NCBI GenBank assembly: GCA_002633005.1
Contig: NMRA01000005.1
Span: 1,002,524-1,066,523, forward strand
Direction: 5' to 3'
From: Phoronis australis
Lineage: Eukaryota > Animalia > Phoronida
Length of the DNA stretch: 64,000 nucleotides
Shown: positions 12,701 through 27,700 of the stretch, piece by piece
Layout: each line of letters opens with the position of its first letter
Numbering within the stretch: position 1 is the stretch's first letter
The notes under the pieces: generated by a model
Told to the model about the DNA's origin: nothing
Seen by the model: only the letters and a program-made list of their open reading frames with translations
Databases searched by the model: none
Position numbers and translations under genes: made by a program

Positions 12701-15700
12701 AACGGTCAGGTCAAGCAAGCGCATGTTTCATTCAGGGTTGGTCCAACTTATCTAATCTGGTATGGTATTCACAAGTTCCTTAATTACTGGCATTCCCCTA
12801 CTATCATAATAAATGGATCCTGGTTAAAAGTTGACAGTAAAATTGCTAACACACGCTCTGATCCTCTCCATTTTTATATAGGTGAGCCGTAGGATTGTGC
12901 TTGCGCTCAATAGGTGGCAGGAGGGGCATCGTGTCTGATGTTGATTTTATTCAAAGTTTTAATTGGAAACGTGGAGTTTTGAAGTAGTTGATGAATCTGA
13001 AGCTGTACTAGTGAACCAAATGTCTGATGTTGGAATTTGCTTGATATGTTGTGGAATATTCAGGGTTTCAAACAAATAAAATTGTTTGAACTTAAACAAT
13101 GGAAATTTCCACGTGAATTTGCTGTTGAAAAGGTGTTGTATTATTTGCACTGTACTTGAAATGTAAGGTATATATTGAGATAGGTTAATTGTAGTACCTG
13201 TACATTGTCTCGCCTTGAAATTTGAATACGGTATCATAAGTTTGCACAAATTTGCCTTTTTTCTCAAATTTCTTCAAATAACTAGCAGTGCGGACAAAAA
13301 TTTGTTTCAAAACCTCACTTTAAAATTATCCTTTTTAAATGAGCAGATTTTGATAATTTCCGAAGCGCACTACGACCTTTAGATGAGGAGTTCAATGTAA
13401 TGTCACTTTCACACCGTTACGTTGGGAGAGTTTTGTTCAGTGTGAAAGCTTAGATCTTAGGCATAAACCGCTATTCATACAACTCTTCACATAATACGTG
13501 GAAAACTACTGAGTTGAGACACTGAGATTCCTTGTGGTATGAAACTTGGAAGTCCACTTGGAAGAGTTTATTGGCAAATGGGAAAGTGACTTATGTGCCT
13601 TAAATCTGTGGAAATACATTGGTCATTCAGTCCAATGCACTCAAGCCTAATGAAAACCATCCAGGGATCCCTTAGCTTCATGTGAATTAGCAAGCCTGTT
13701 GCATAACAGCTGCATCTATATTTAACCTGGTGAGCTGAATGGTCCCTCATCACTCAGGCTCACTGATGGATGACCACGGCAGCACACCTTGATATCTGAT
13801 GTTTAGCAGAACATCTAGTCAAAATTAGAAGTTGGGCAGTGAAATTAACCGGCATAAGAAGACGTTATACACAATTTTTGTTTATAAAGTTCTTTCTTTA
13901 TTTGGAAGTACCTCCGTAATTCTATTGCATCGGGCAAATATGACAATCTTGTCTTGGTTCCGTGTCTGTGTACCATGTACCGTATTATGATCAAAGTTTG
14001 TTACCAAGCTTTTACATTGGTGCTGGCTTGGAATGCGAGATGTCTGCCTGATTTTCCTATTTCTGCCATCTCATATCTAAGGTATTACCAGGGGATACAG
14101 TTTCGCAATAAGTATGAAGAGGTTAAGTGTTTATGAAAGACTGGTTTGCAGGCAGAATTTTTGCTAGAATCAGAGTCGTAGCAATAGTAATAATGGTAAG
14201 ATATATTTGGGATAAATTTCTATTCAATACGACAATATTGTTCTCACAGAGGGTACTGGAAAGGAAGGAAATCTTGAAAATCTGACTACTGTAATGGTAT
14301 TATAAAAAAACAATTGCAGGCGGTCTGATACACGTTGTACCAGACGTGCGTAGGCTGCGCATGTGGGGCCCACTGCACTGATCACCTGGAACCATGTTTA
14401 TGCTTTATTACTTTATAGTTAAAACCGAGCTGAGGGGCTAGAAACCTGACTCAAGGGTCTCGCAGTGTGGCCCAGTGGGATTCAAACCCATGACCTGGAG
14501 ACTAAAAAAGCGGCACCTATCACACTAGGTCACGCTGCCTTCTCTCACAATGGTATTGGGAAATTAAGAGTTAAAATATCTACGGTAATAATTAAAAATA
14601 GTCAATAAATACAACTGAAACAAGTGAGTTAAGTACTATACAATTAAATATGATGGTCAGATTTTAGCATGTTGGCTCAAAATTTGAGCGTGTTTGCCCT
14701 GCACACTCAAAAGGCTGGTGAGAATACTGGTCATGGACACACAAACTATCCACGGTCTTAGTGGGCCTCAATGGTTGCCAGTGTTCCCAACCAAAAGGCA
14801 TTAAGCTTCTCATTTCTGTTCATAGGGGAGCTAGTTGTTAGATCATCAGCACTGAAACCATTGTCAGCCAGTTCTCCAAGTTATGTTTCTTGGCAGGACC
14901 ATTTAGAAATACCTGTCTTTGTGTCTGTCTTTTCTAATTGGCCATCTTTCAACCGCTGGAGTAATTGAATTTCACTGCTGCTAAGACCGAGTGTCAGGGT
15001 ATAGTTTTGATGTGTTCTGAGTTCCTTTGATTGATCTCCTCCACTGTTATTACATTCCATCGTGGGAAAGCTCTGTACGTAATGTTTACTTCTTTTCACT
15101 GAATGTTTGCTTTTATTGGTCTACAACCAAATGGTCATGTCCAGCCGACTTGAAATTTCGTGACTAAATATACCAACAAATGAATGAATCGGAGCAGTCT
15201 CGGCATCTCTGTTGGTCAGTTAAAAGTCTGTTAGATCTGAAAAGTAACCAAGATGTGTAAGCGATGTATTAAAGTTCAGCATTTTGTTACCTTTTTGATG
15301 AGGTGTTGTTAAAGAATTCTGTCGAATTTTGAAATTTTTGTTGTTCTAGGAGCATGAAATAAATCACTTTGATATTGACTTGTTTTGTGCAGTGGTTTAG
15401 GCGTCATAGAAACTACTGTAGAACTTACTCAAGTTTGAAAACAATCGGACTAGTGGAATTGTATTTTATCTACGAATACTTCGCCTATGGCGAACATGTG
15501 AAATTTCATTTGCCAAATTTCTCAAAGATGAATGAAGATGAAAATATTTTTATCTATTGGCAGCTTTTTGTACACTGTGGAGGAGTCATCAAACAATATT
15601 TGGCCAAGTTTACGTTATTTGCATCGAGGTAAACGGACTCTGAAAAATAATTTCTGCTTTCTTATCGCGCAAAATAATTGAAAAATTAATTCTAAAGATA

Positions 15701-18700
15701 ACTCATAACAATAATTGTAGACTGTTGTTTGCATGGTTTGGAAATTAAATTCTTTGCCAAACATAATTTGCTCATGTTATTTTGGTGTTCCAAATTGAGC
15801 GTTGTTTTCATATCCTTAAACAAACGTAGCATACATGAGTTTAGGAGTTGTGTTTATAAACATGTATGCTCACTGTGCCATTGGGCACAATTATCTGGTC
15901 ATTTCCTGTAGACACATGTTGCCTTGGCTTGAGTATTGAGAGGGAATGCTCAGAGACAGGTGTTGTATAATCTACCTGTGTGTCAGTCTGTGCCATCGTG
16001 GAAAACTTTTCTCCATCCTTCATTGTACATTTTTGATGTCTTTCATCTCGAAAAAGAATATTCAGTGGATGATTATTGCAGAAATTAGTTTCAAATCCTT
16101 GCAAAATTTTTATTGCAGAAAAATGGGCATGTCACCTTTAAACTTTGATATGGCCTCAGCATCTGTTTACAGCAGTTTAAATGTTAGCAATAAAAATCGT
16201 GGCATATTTTTCCAAGTCTTTTACATTGATCTTTAAATTCCACACTTTGAATTCAATTTGCTTCCAATTCACTTTTCCTTTCAATCACCTGTTTCCATAT
16301 CACACATCTTTTTTTAGGTCATACCTAATCCTCTTGACATTTAACTTCTTGAAACACTATCTGAGTTTACAGCGCTTGCTAAATGTCTAGAGTTTTGAGA
16401 AAAGTGTGTGTCAGTGTGTTTGTTAATATTCCTGTCCTGCCTGGCCTATTACCAGTTTACCCCCACGTATAATGGACTGGCTTGGTTCAGGTTTTCCAAG
16501 ACTTATTGGGCCATATGTCTAGCACATCTGTCTGCTAGCTCATCGCCAGTCAGAGTTCATCTCCAGGCATCAGAATATCTTAGAAGGGGGTGTTGTTGTG
16601 GGCGGCAGAGTTTTGCAACAGTCAACCATACTTGCCTTTCGTTGTATTGGGTTTTCTCCCGAAGGGCCAAGTTGAGTGTCAGTACGTTTGCTTTGTTCAA
16701 GCTTCAAGTTGTTCCACAACATTCAGCCTCCCACTACTTGAGAGAGGTGCATAGTTGACCTGGTGATATTCATTAGTTCTGGGATCGAGATCCGTTTAGC
16801 CAATCTGCTGCGAGGTACTGGTCAAGGGTAGACTGGCGTTAGAAAGCACAGACGTTTGAGTACAGCGGCACTTGAGCACACGACAACATGTCTTCCAGAA
16901 GACGAGGTAGTAAAAAGGTGCAGCTTCAACGCACAAAGTCGGCCAAGTACATCACGACGCCAGGTAAGGGCGTGTTAGGGCACGCTGAAGTTACGATTGG
17001 TGAGTCCTGTTTTTGTGGATGAATAGTTTGGAGGTATGGTAGTGAGGTGAAGGTAGTCTATGACCTTGATTTAGTTCTGATGGTTTAGTAACAAATTGCC
17101 CTGGAATGATTTAAAGTAATGGCTCAGAAACATGTCTTGGTAGTTGGACGTCGGTGCTTTTTCTGCTGCTTAGTTGTTGCGCTTTGTTTCGAGTATGATT
17201 TCAACGGATTTACAATGAACAATTAGTGTAAAACCCTAATAAAACTATCATCCAAGTTTGTTTCGTAATCTCTAAGGACAGTAATTTGCAGTGGCAAAGT
17301 TTCCTTGATTTCCAACATCAGAACCAAGTCCTGCAAAAAACATCATTTCCTTCACTATGTGATTTCCTTTGGGGAGCATATTCTGAGCTGGGTTGATCAG
17401 TGTAGTACTCCTCAACATATCCCTGAACACACAAACAAGATGTTGGCATGTACCACACCTGGCTCGACAGTGTTTATTCTGTTGGGAGGATTTACAGCTG
17501 ACTTAGTGTGGGGATCCATTGTTGTTATGGTCACGTGGGTTGGGATGGTGTCAATTGGCTCTGGAACAGTCCATTTGGATGTGGTTGAGTTGGTTTAGTG
17601 AAGTTTCTGGGTGTGGGATTTGAGTGGAGCTGCCTGATTCCACAGTCTTATTGGTTAAGAACGTTGGACAGGGTACTGAAAATATTTCGGTGAAGAAGGA
17701 AGAAAGAGACATGAGACATTCCGCCTGTCGTTGTCATGTGATTTGTTGCTTCGGGCGGTTGCTGTGTCGTTCCTGATTGACATTAAGTGGAGGAGACTAG
17801 TTGAGTTTGGGTCTAACTCTTAGGAAAACATGACACAACGGAAGTTCTCCAGACTCATAACTTTGCCTGAAATATTTGACTTTAAACAAGCTTGATTGAA
17901 CTAAATGAATGTTTGAAGCATTGAGACACAGGCACTCCCCGTAGACACTGTAAATTGTACAGATAGGTCTATAAGTGTATGATGAAGCATTTATACTACT
18001 TGGTTTTTGGAAATGGTGAAATGTGGCAAGAGTGGGTGCGGTAGGGAGTCCAGGCACCCTGTCCTCTGTCAGTGGGAGTGTCCCCCCTCCCCCCACCCAC
18101 ATCGCTCCATTGTCAGACCCCTGTCTGGTCACGGTCTCGCATCAGCACCTGGCTCCATTGAGCTGAACAATTTTGTGTTTAGATGTTTTGTGTCTTATAC
18201 ACTATACCACAAAGCAGTCAGACAAAATGCCTTATCATGGTCTGTTAACAACAGAAATGACTGGTAATAACCATCAAGGCCGCACTTTGCACAACGGCTC
18301 GGCCACCTTTCGAACTTTCCTGTTTAGAATATCTCCAACCCTATTCACAAAAATTGACCGTTTTTATAATATTTCGCTTGTGTCTAGCAAAATACCTTAT
18401 CTTCATTCTCGGGGAACTTCAAATGCAAAATATATACTGCGTAGCGAGAAGAGAACGATGTAGCAGAACCACCTTGGAACCGCACAACCGCCTGGATATT
18501 TGTTTACTACTTATCCAAGGTTATAGGTTAAATGGCTTTCAATTAAATCGAATCTCCCGGCTGGTACAAAACAGCTTTGTATACCCTCAGTCCTTTCGTG
18601 CAAAAAGTCGCCATAATATTGAGCCAACGAGGTGTACTTATGATAGAATGGCGTCAGGGGAAAACAAAGACAAAATGTAGTTTTGTTCCTAAGGGAGTTG

Positions 18701-21700
18701 TGCGTCTACATGCATACGACCGTTGGCGTTGATAACGAATGCTATGAGTCGCCTCAGGTCTCTGTGGTCATGAACACAGAAAGTTGTGAAAAGAGATAAA
18801 TCCTCACCCTAATTCCTTAATTCAATTAATACGTTGACATACCGTATGTTTTGCGAGTTGATTTGTCATAGAAACAAAACGAACAGTTCCTATCAGCTTT
18901 TTTTAGGTAACTTGTGAAGTTTTCATTTAAAAAAGGTTTCATTAAAATCGACCGAGGGGTTATTTTGCTATGAATGCACCTTTCTTAAAAGTGAGAGTTT
19001 GACTTAAATGGTTTTTACGTAAAAATAATAATGGAACATAAATACAAAAAGGATATTTATATTTCCTGGTCTTTGTTCTTTCAGAAAATATGTACTTCTA
19101 CTAGTTGACAAAGCTTAGTTTTTTTTTGACATACGAGTTAGAATGGAGGCTACTAAAAAGGTTGGAGATTAACTTATTTAGTCTATCTGAGTTTTCGGTG
19201 ACCAGGGGAGACTACTCTGGGCATTGAATTAGGCTTCCGCCCAGCCGTCGTGACGAGGAATTACCAGTTATTTTGTCCGAATGCTTTCGGCTTGTACTTC
19301 ACGTGAACACGCCTTGGCTGTGCTTAACTCTTGTAACATTTACTGTACACATTGTAGTAATGGTGTCAGGAAGGTGTTACTTGGATTGCTGTAAACTAAC
19401 AGAAGGGACTAACTGTTACCATATGCAGACTCAATGGGTTTTATCTCCCTTGTGTATCTTTCTGCATCTCTGTCATAACATGGTAATTTGGAGCACCTCT
19501 GGAAACTGATAAGCTCATCAAAGACTATGTCTTTTGGCTCTGTGGTGTCTCAGTCTGACTTGAGAGGATCCCAGCTTAATGAGATTGGTTGTAGGCATTG
19601 TAAATGTGGTTTGAATTTGGGTAAACTAAGAAATCTTGGCTGCAATATATTCTGGAGGGTGTTGTAATGTATGAGGTGTGTGGTGCTGGGTGTGTGTGTG
19701 GAGCAAAGTGGGTAATTAAGCTTTTGTGTCGGCCCAGTTTAAGGTTCTGTGGGGGGTGGTTCAGGTCCCCTCCCCTAAGGAAGTGTAACCGAAAATTTCC
19801 CAACAGTGAATATTAAAATGCGATTTAAAATGATGTGAATTAAAATGACGTTACCAGGGTGAGTAAGCTTGCATGGAAAATTTTGTAATACTCTGCTTCA
19901 CTCAAGTGCTTGCGATTTTATCCAATTTTAGATAAAATTCATGGGAAATTATTGACATATGCAGCAGTTGATTAAATGTATGCTGTAGTGGTTCATAGCT
20001 TCTTAGAATTAATGGAGTTAGTGGAAAAGGCTGGAATGGAACTTTTTGATGGCAGCTGAATATCCTGAAAGTCCTGGGGTTGGTGCTTTCTGGAGTTTTG
20101 GTGCTCATTTCTTTTGATTTATGTGTTTCCCACACTTTCCTTTCCTCTGATGTGAGAATATGGTAAAGCTGAACTAACTTGGGTATTGTATGTTTATACT
20201 TTGTATCCAATGAAAGGCATGTTCACTGTATGTGTAAGGAGGTAGTGACTATATGTACTGGATGAAAAAAAAAATGACTATTAAAAAACACATTGAAATT
20301 TAAAGTGGTAATTAGGGCTTGGAATTTTCCTCTTTTAAGAGGATTTCCTCTTTTTGGGGTTTCGATTTCCTCTTATTTGATTTCCGGTTTCCTTTGCGTC
20401 GTCACTTTTTTATCATCATTTTGACTTAAGTCATACAAAAATGTTTATGTCAGGAAAATCTTACAACACAACAGATATTTCTGTCACATAAGTCTATTTG
20501 TGGAAGAATACGTCACCTGGAAAATTTTCCTCTTTTGTCATTGGTCATTCCAAGCCCTGGGTTATAAACACACCGCCTCTCGTCAAAGAAACTTATGAGT
20601 TTGAAGACCTGATCCTTCAGTCTATGAGGTAGCTCATTCTATCTAACCAACATTGGGAATGTTTTCAAGGAACAACAGTTATCCCCATGCCAAAAGATCA
20701 TGCCTACTCAGAATAAGTAACAACTTGAGACCAGTTCTGTAACCATATTGGTAGTCTGAGAATTATTTTTTGCTGTAAGGTAGGTTTATAGTTGGCTTTT
20801 ATGTTTAGTTTAGTTGATAGCCGACACTGCTCCTGTTGCTGGTGCAGTTCGTTCTGGCACCATAACTAATGAAACGTGACATTGAAGAGTTTACCAATAC
20901 TTTCCTCGTTACATTTGCTAACGATCTGCAGAGCATTTAGCCCAACTAAATTTGTTTACCTCTGTGCTGCTCAGCTTGACGTCATAAATTTATGGCATTT
21001 GCTAAGTAGTATATCTACAAATGACATTTAATCCATGTTCTGCAGTATGTAGACGTGGCAATTTGTTTCAAGAGGGGGGAATATTATAGCCTGTTGTTTA
21101 GTTAGGTTGTATGTGGTGTGTGTGTTTTGTGACGTCAGTTTGCATTTTGGTATACTCAATATTACCTGTGATTGTAAGTTGGTTAGGGTAGTCGGTCTGC
21201 TAACTGCGTGTAAGGAATACATCTCATTACAGCATTCAAATACCTGGCTGTTTTAAATGGTGTGGTTTCCAGCCATCCATTCTCAATCAAAAGTTTTATC
21301 AGGCAAACCATCTGGTAGTGATAAATTTCCAGCATTTAGGATAGTCATTGTGTCTGTAGCTGTTTTTACACAAGGAACAGTTGGTACGAGTAGTCATGGT
21401 ACGTCTTACTCCACTTAAGCCAAATTTACATGACCAATTGCAAACTGGATCAACGCAAGCCAAGTCATTTGCATAAAGACTGTCTGCGCAGGTTCGCATA
21501 AACAATAGGGAACGTCCAAACCACGTGGAATGCCAGTGGATCACTCGTACATACGTTATTGAGCAAGTGCATTGAAAGATGATTCATTTCCACCCTGCCC
21601 CACTGAGTAAATGTGACGTGTAGTTGACACTAGAGCAACTCGCTCTACTTATCGAACCCGTGTCAAAATTGGACGCGGCAGTGTCAACTTGCTCTTTGTC

Positions 21701-24700
21701 AGTGACGTTTACACACACACTTGCACCTGATCAGCTGTTCGCATGTAGGCGCAGCCAACCGCCTTTTGGCATTTGAACGTAGGGCCTACGCACCGTAAGT
21801 TACATTCATTGCACAAGGTGATGCGGTGTGCTTTGGGCGCCTACTTACCTCTAATTCTACCACTACAGCACTGTTCATTACTTAAACCAATGAGAAGCCA
21901 TGATAAACAACATTCCACAGTGCTACCTTTCATAGCACTGTGAAAGAGTGTATGCAATTCACAGTATAGACTCTTTGCTGGCTTTGGAAGGATGAATGAT
22001 CAAAATCCATGTACAGGCCGGGTAATTAGCATTAAAAACACCAACTCAAGTGATGGCAGGGAAACGAGGCTAAACTCCTGGATTTGAAGCATTGTGGTTA
22101 TTCCAAGCAGGCCTTTATGCAGCATACGTCCTGGGCGTCCAAATGGACGCCCTAGCACTAGTATGGAGCTCTGGCAAGGATGCCCAATGTATCATTTGGA
22201 TGCCCACTGTCAATAGGAACCTTTCAAGTTTGGACACACACATTGTAATGATTTCTAGGTAGCCTATGAAGGCTCAGTGAGGGCTCTTTTTTCAAAGCAG
22301 GAAGAAATATACAATGTATATACAAAGTATATACAATGTTGCTATGCTCACACTTGGTTGATAGCATTGTAAAGTCTTGGTCTACACTATTTTTTTGTTA
22401 AAAATGCTCACTACAGAAGGCTGTTTTGTAAACTTAGATGTAAAAACCTTGGTCTATGCATTTTTTTGTAAAAAAAATCTGTGTGTTTGGGGGTATTATT
22501 GGGGGTGGGGGGTTACGCTTCGGAATTATGGACGCCCTGGAATATTGGGAACCCCATTTTGGACACCCTATTTTCGAAATCCTGGATAAAGGCCTGATTC
22601 CAAGGGCACATTTGAAGCATTGTGGGTATGCCACAAGGGCACATTGGAATTATGGGATATCCCTGTTATCCCAAGTACAAGGCAGTGACATTCTGTTATG
22701 TGGAGTGGGCTCTGGTTGTACAGCTACATATATAGGTTGAACATGTGGATCCTTGAATGTCTTTCATATTACAAATGTTTAGCTGACCTCTGTACACACA
22801 CATACATACACACTTGATTAGTTGATGAGTGATGAACACCTGTGTACAAGTGACTGCTGTGATACATAGGGGCAGGTTAGGGATGCATCTTGATTGTGTT
22901 ACTAGGAATTAGGAAGATGTTGAGATTGATACTTGCTAATAAACTGTTTGCCTTGTTTGGATAGGCTCGATTAAAATGGTTCAGTGCCAGGTCAATACTG
23001 TACTTATCAATTCTGGGTAATTCGTAAAAAAAATTGGGGGGAGTTAGTTCCAGGCAGATTTCAAATTTGAATGCTTGACGATGCCAGATTGATTGACAAG
23101 TGCATACGATACAAAGTTGTTTTTGTGGTGCTGTCTAGTAGAACAGTCCAGTATTCTTTTGTTATTACAACAGCTTTTGTCAGACTGAAGTAGTGTACTG
23201 CAGTACTTTGTGGTCTGATTGCTTGAATAATGTAGGAATGCAGATTTTTTCACAATAAGTGAAGCGCTACCCATGGCACTTGTCGTGGTGATTCAGTACC
23301 ATGTAAGTTGGGCTTACCTATGTGTAATTATGTAACCACCTACTTCTGAAGCAGCTGACATGCAATGTCTGTGGGATAGATTTAGAGTGATGTAGTGGGG
23401 AGACTGGAGTTGATGAAGAGTTCAGTTGACGGGGAAGGAATTTATATGCATCCTATTCAGAAAAGGCACGGTAGAAGTTCCTTTGTTTGGGACAGTTTCT
23501 AAAGTTAGGGACTCTTTACATTCAAACCAGAATTGAATTTTCTTAAAATTTCTTAAAAATGGAAAATACGTCTGGTAGTTCATAAAATAGTTGAATTTAG
23601 CGGCCTGGAATTTGGGACAGCCAGTATCGCACGTTTCTAAAACTTGGTACTAGCTCCAACCGTGAGCAAAATAGTTGAGTTGTCATTGTCCTAAACTGGT
23701 GAATATTTATCCTAGTATGTGTTTGTTCTTATGGCAATAACCATGTGAGATCAGGCTCAGTGATTGTTTGTAAGTGTTCTGTTAAGCAGACCATGTGATT
23801 TATTTGTACCACGTATTATTTATTGTGTTTAAATAGTCATTGAGGTGCAAAAAACAGTAAAATGGAAGTTTGATGCTTCCATTTTACTACATACTACATC
23901 TCCCCTGAAATTAACATTCATTGAAGATGTTATTCATTGTTAAATGTAATGAAACTAATTTACAAGACCAAAATGCGGCCTGTCAAATTGAAGCGTCAAC
24001 ATGCCATGTGCTTCTATTTCCACCAACACTATGATCAGTGAATTAATTATCGGATAGAGTTGATGCTTATCGTTTAGTGTACACTTTACCTTTTACAAAG
24101 CCCAGCTCTGACACTGACCGACAGTTGGTTTGGCTTCAAAAATACACGGGACAGGCTGACATATATGGTGTTAGAAATCTGCCTAAATATAGACCAGGCT
24201 GGTGTGTTTTATATGTAACACTATCTGTCAGAGGTTGGTCTGTGGTTAATAATACACCATCCACAGAACCTGTGTCCAAAGTCACCGCCACGCCTTGTGA
24301 GAGATGCTTGAAAGAGCTAGTTACTGGGTTCGTTCGTTGTATGCTTTTTGCCAGAGATCAAATTGAAGATAAGGCGTTGACTTCAAGGCAATTAATTCTG
24401 TGTGTTAAAGCTGCATTTTAAGGTGTTTAGCTGGCTTGAAGAGAAAATCAGATGTCTTTTCCTCTCTTAAAATCGGTCTTCTATTATTCCTTACTGTGAT
24501 GGCATTCTGTTCTATTACTAACTCCAGCCACAGGCAATTTGTTGCTTCGAGTCGCTGATGGTTTCGGTCCAATTATGATTACGGATATTACGAGACCGAG
24601 ACCGCATTTCTAAAGGTAAAGTGCTATTTATTTAGCCATCCAGACGCAGCTTTAGTTAGGTGTGTAAACCTGTGTGGCAAAATTTCCCTGTGATTCAGGA

Positions 24701-27700
24701 GAATAGTTTAAATTCGGGATTTTTCCACAAGTACTGATGATGCTAACAATGCTAATAAATGACCTGCCAAACTGAATTATTTAACCTACCCCAATGCAGG
24801 CATTCGTTTTTGCCTTTGCTTTAAGGACAAGTCATAATGAAGCTGATTTTGAAATGAATATAGCTTGAAGCAAATCGAAGTTTATTTGTTTCAGTTTCTG
24901 TACATAGACGTGTCACTACTTATCAAGGAATAATGTAAAACAATGCAATGCCCATTAAATTCCACTTGAGTGGAGTGGAGAGGTGCAGTCGGGGTAAATG
25001 TACCCCTTGGTATAAGTATGGATATATAACAAGTATAAATTTGGAAATAGATTATTCCACTTTTCTGTCAAATTGGGTCTTACATTGAAGAATGTCTGCC
25101 AGAGATTTGTATATGTCTGATTACAGTGCCACCTAATGGTCAGTGAACTGGCTTGTGTAAGCACTCATAAATCACTTGTCAGGAGTGACTAACGTAACGC
25201 CCTGGGTTAGAGGCCAATGATCTCCCCTGCTTAGCTTTCATAAACTTTAAGTTTAGGGGTGCCATTTACTACAGGACATTAAATAAATAAAGGTTCACCA
25301 GATGTTAACAAGGTGGGAACAGGTAAAAGATTCAAGGGTGCTCTGAGAGAGAGCAACCTTGATTTTCGAAGAAATATTTTTGGGTAAATCCTTGAAGCGG
25401 TCTGCCGGCATCGTTTATGTCAGGGTCCGTTTGCATGAAAGTCGCACACGGGGACTCGTCAAAGTTCCCTAAGTCCTCGACGTATTAGTGTCGCTCCCAT
25501 CGTCTCATCTTTATTATGACCTGCTCCTCATCAGTGTTTTCAAAAGTCCACAAATACGCACTAGATTAAGGGAACTTTGGCGAGTCTCTATTTAGGACTA
25601 TTTCATGCAGTCGCGCACAGGCCCCTGCCCATCTTAAATCTGCATGTGTTTACTCCCCGTTTTCATGAGGTTCGATATGCATTTTCTTTACAAATTCCAT
25701 GTTATGTTTTCAGTTTGGGTTTTCTAGAAGTTTCCTACAGAACATTACATTAAGGCTTTTATTGAAAAATATATTTTCTACTAAATACTATTTTGGCAGT
25801 GTTTGGTATCAAGAACCGCAGTATTTGTAGTGGACAAAAACTGAATATACATGGGACTGGCCTCGAGAGGTTGGTCAACAGTATGACTGTTCACGTGGTG
25901 GGAATTGGCGGTTGCAGGCCTAGCAACTAGGTGGAGCTACTGCATCACCATGCACTGTTTGTGTGCCTTTAAGGAAGACCAACGTGACTTTAAATGAATG
26001 TCCTACCATAGTGTGTGTGTGTGCGTGTGCGTACATTTGTGTTCCTATGTCATGTACTTATGTGTCGTGTGTGTTGGAGGGAGACTAAATACAGTCATCT
26101 AAACGTCTACAAACTTGATTTCTTGAATTGTTATTTTTTACAATTGGAAATCCAACACTTGCAACAGTATTTCTTCCAAATGCAGAAGTCAGTAATTAAT
26201 GTTATTCTCTCGCCTTGAACTCATAAAGTCCATACGTTGGTGTATAATGGAAATCAATATTTTTGATAATCTTACTAACTCCAAACGTGCATTCGTCTTT
26301 CACAGGTTATGGTGGCTTGAGTCTATCCATCGAGGGGCCTAGTAAAGCTGATATTGAGTGTAACGATAATGAAGATGGCACTTGTCTGGTTAGTTACAAA
26401 CCCACAGAGCCTGGCACATACATCATTAATATCAAGTTCGCTGATGAACATGTCCCAGGTAAGATTATACAGCAACTCGTGTCCTGAAGTGTGTATTCAA
26501 TCATCAACATGTCTTGTGTGTGTCTTTAGTCCCGTTTAGACTTCAACTTTTGGCCCGGCGCAACTGACACAGGGCAAATTGATCAGAGTCAAGCGTCCGT
26601 TTACACACACAACTCACGAACTGGGGCAAGACGGAAATTGTAGACTGGAGAGTGGATCACACATGCGTAGGTTTACGAATGACGGGAGTTGAAGAGACAG
26701 AGAACCTGTATTTAGGTCATTTCACAAGCGCAGTAGAGATGATCCTTTCCGCCTTGCCCCAGTTTCGTGTTTAGACACATAATTGACATGGAGTATGATG
26801 TTCTAGCGCAAATTGCTCACCTCACAAGCGGGTGGCAAAAGTTGTCACCGCAGTGTCAATTTGCTCCAGTTCAGTCCCGTTTACATACATACTTGCGCTG
26901 GAACAACTCGTTCCGTGTCAGCTGATCCGTGTCAACTTTTCTGCCTTGGATGTATGTTGTGCAACACTTATTGTTGACAAATGTATGTTTATCTCTCAAG
27001 CAAATTGCTTGTTTGGTATGTGGAAAGCAGCGTATACATGTCGCCTGTCCCATTTTAGTTGCCTGAGTGTGTGTCAGGTTGTAATTCAAAGCAGATTTTT
27101 AAGCTCTGGTTCAGTCTTTACATGCATTTTATATTTGAATTATATTTGATCTAAATAATTTCTTCGCAAACAATTGAAAGGTCATTTTTTTGGAAATTGT
27201 GTATGATTTCCTTTATTACATAACTCAGCATCATTTGCCCTGTCTGTCGTTCAACAGGAAGTCCATTCACGGTCAAAATTGGAGGCGTGTCTGCTGGTCA
27301 CGTGGTTGAGAAGATCTCACGCCAACAGGAGTGTGTGGACGTGACACACGCAGGCAGTCACTGTGAACTGTCACTCAAAATACCAGGTGGGTGTGGTGCT
27401 GTTGATCTCCGTAGCAACAACTAACGAATGAACTATTATTATTGCATCACTGAAGTGATCGAGTTTGGTTAAGTGTCAATGACAAAAATATTTTTCGATT
27501 TTTTACATTAATATATTGATATTATAAACGACTGTTGCAGCATTTGGCTGTCCCCTGTTTCATTATCACACGGGTATAAATGAGACAGGTGTATGACCTT
27601 TCAGTCTTGGCTTCTAATTACAATGAGATATCACGTTTACTGAAAACTGACAAAGGTTAGCTCAGGTAGGGTTTTGTAATGAATGTTCATGCCAATGAAG

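Noticed and set aside
8561-26305. Nested protein-coding gene among the many short intronic ORFs
   Set aside because: None of the listed ORFs shows domain similarity or a consistent exon chain; only the 16888 exon is supported.
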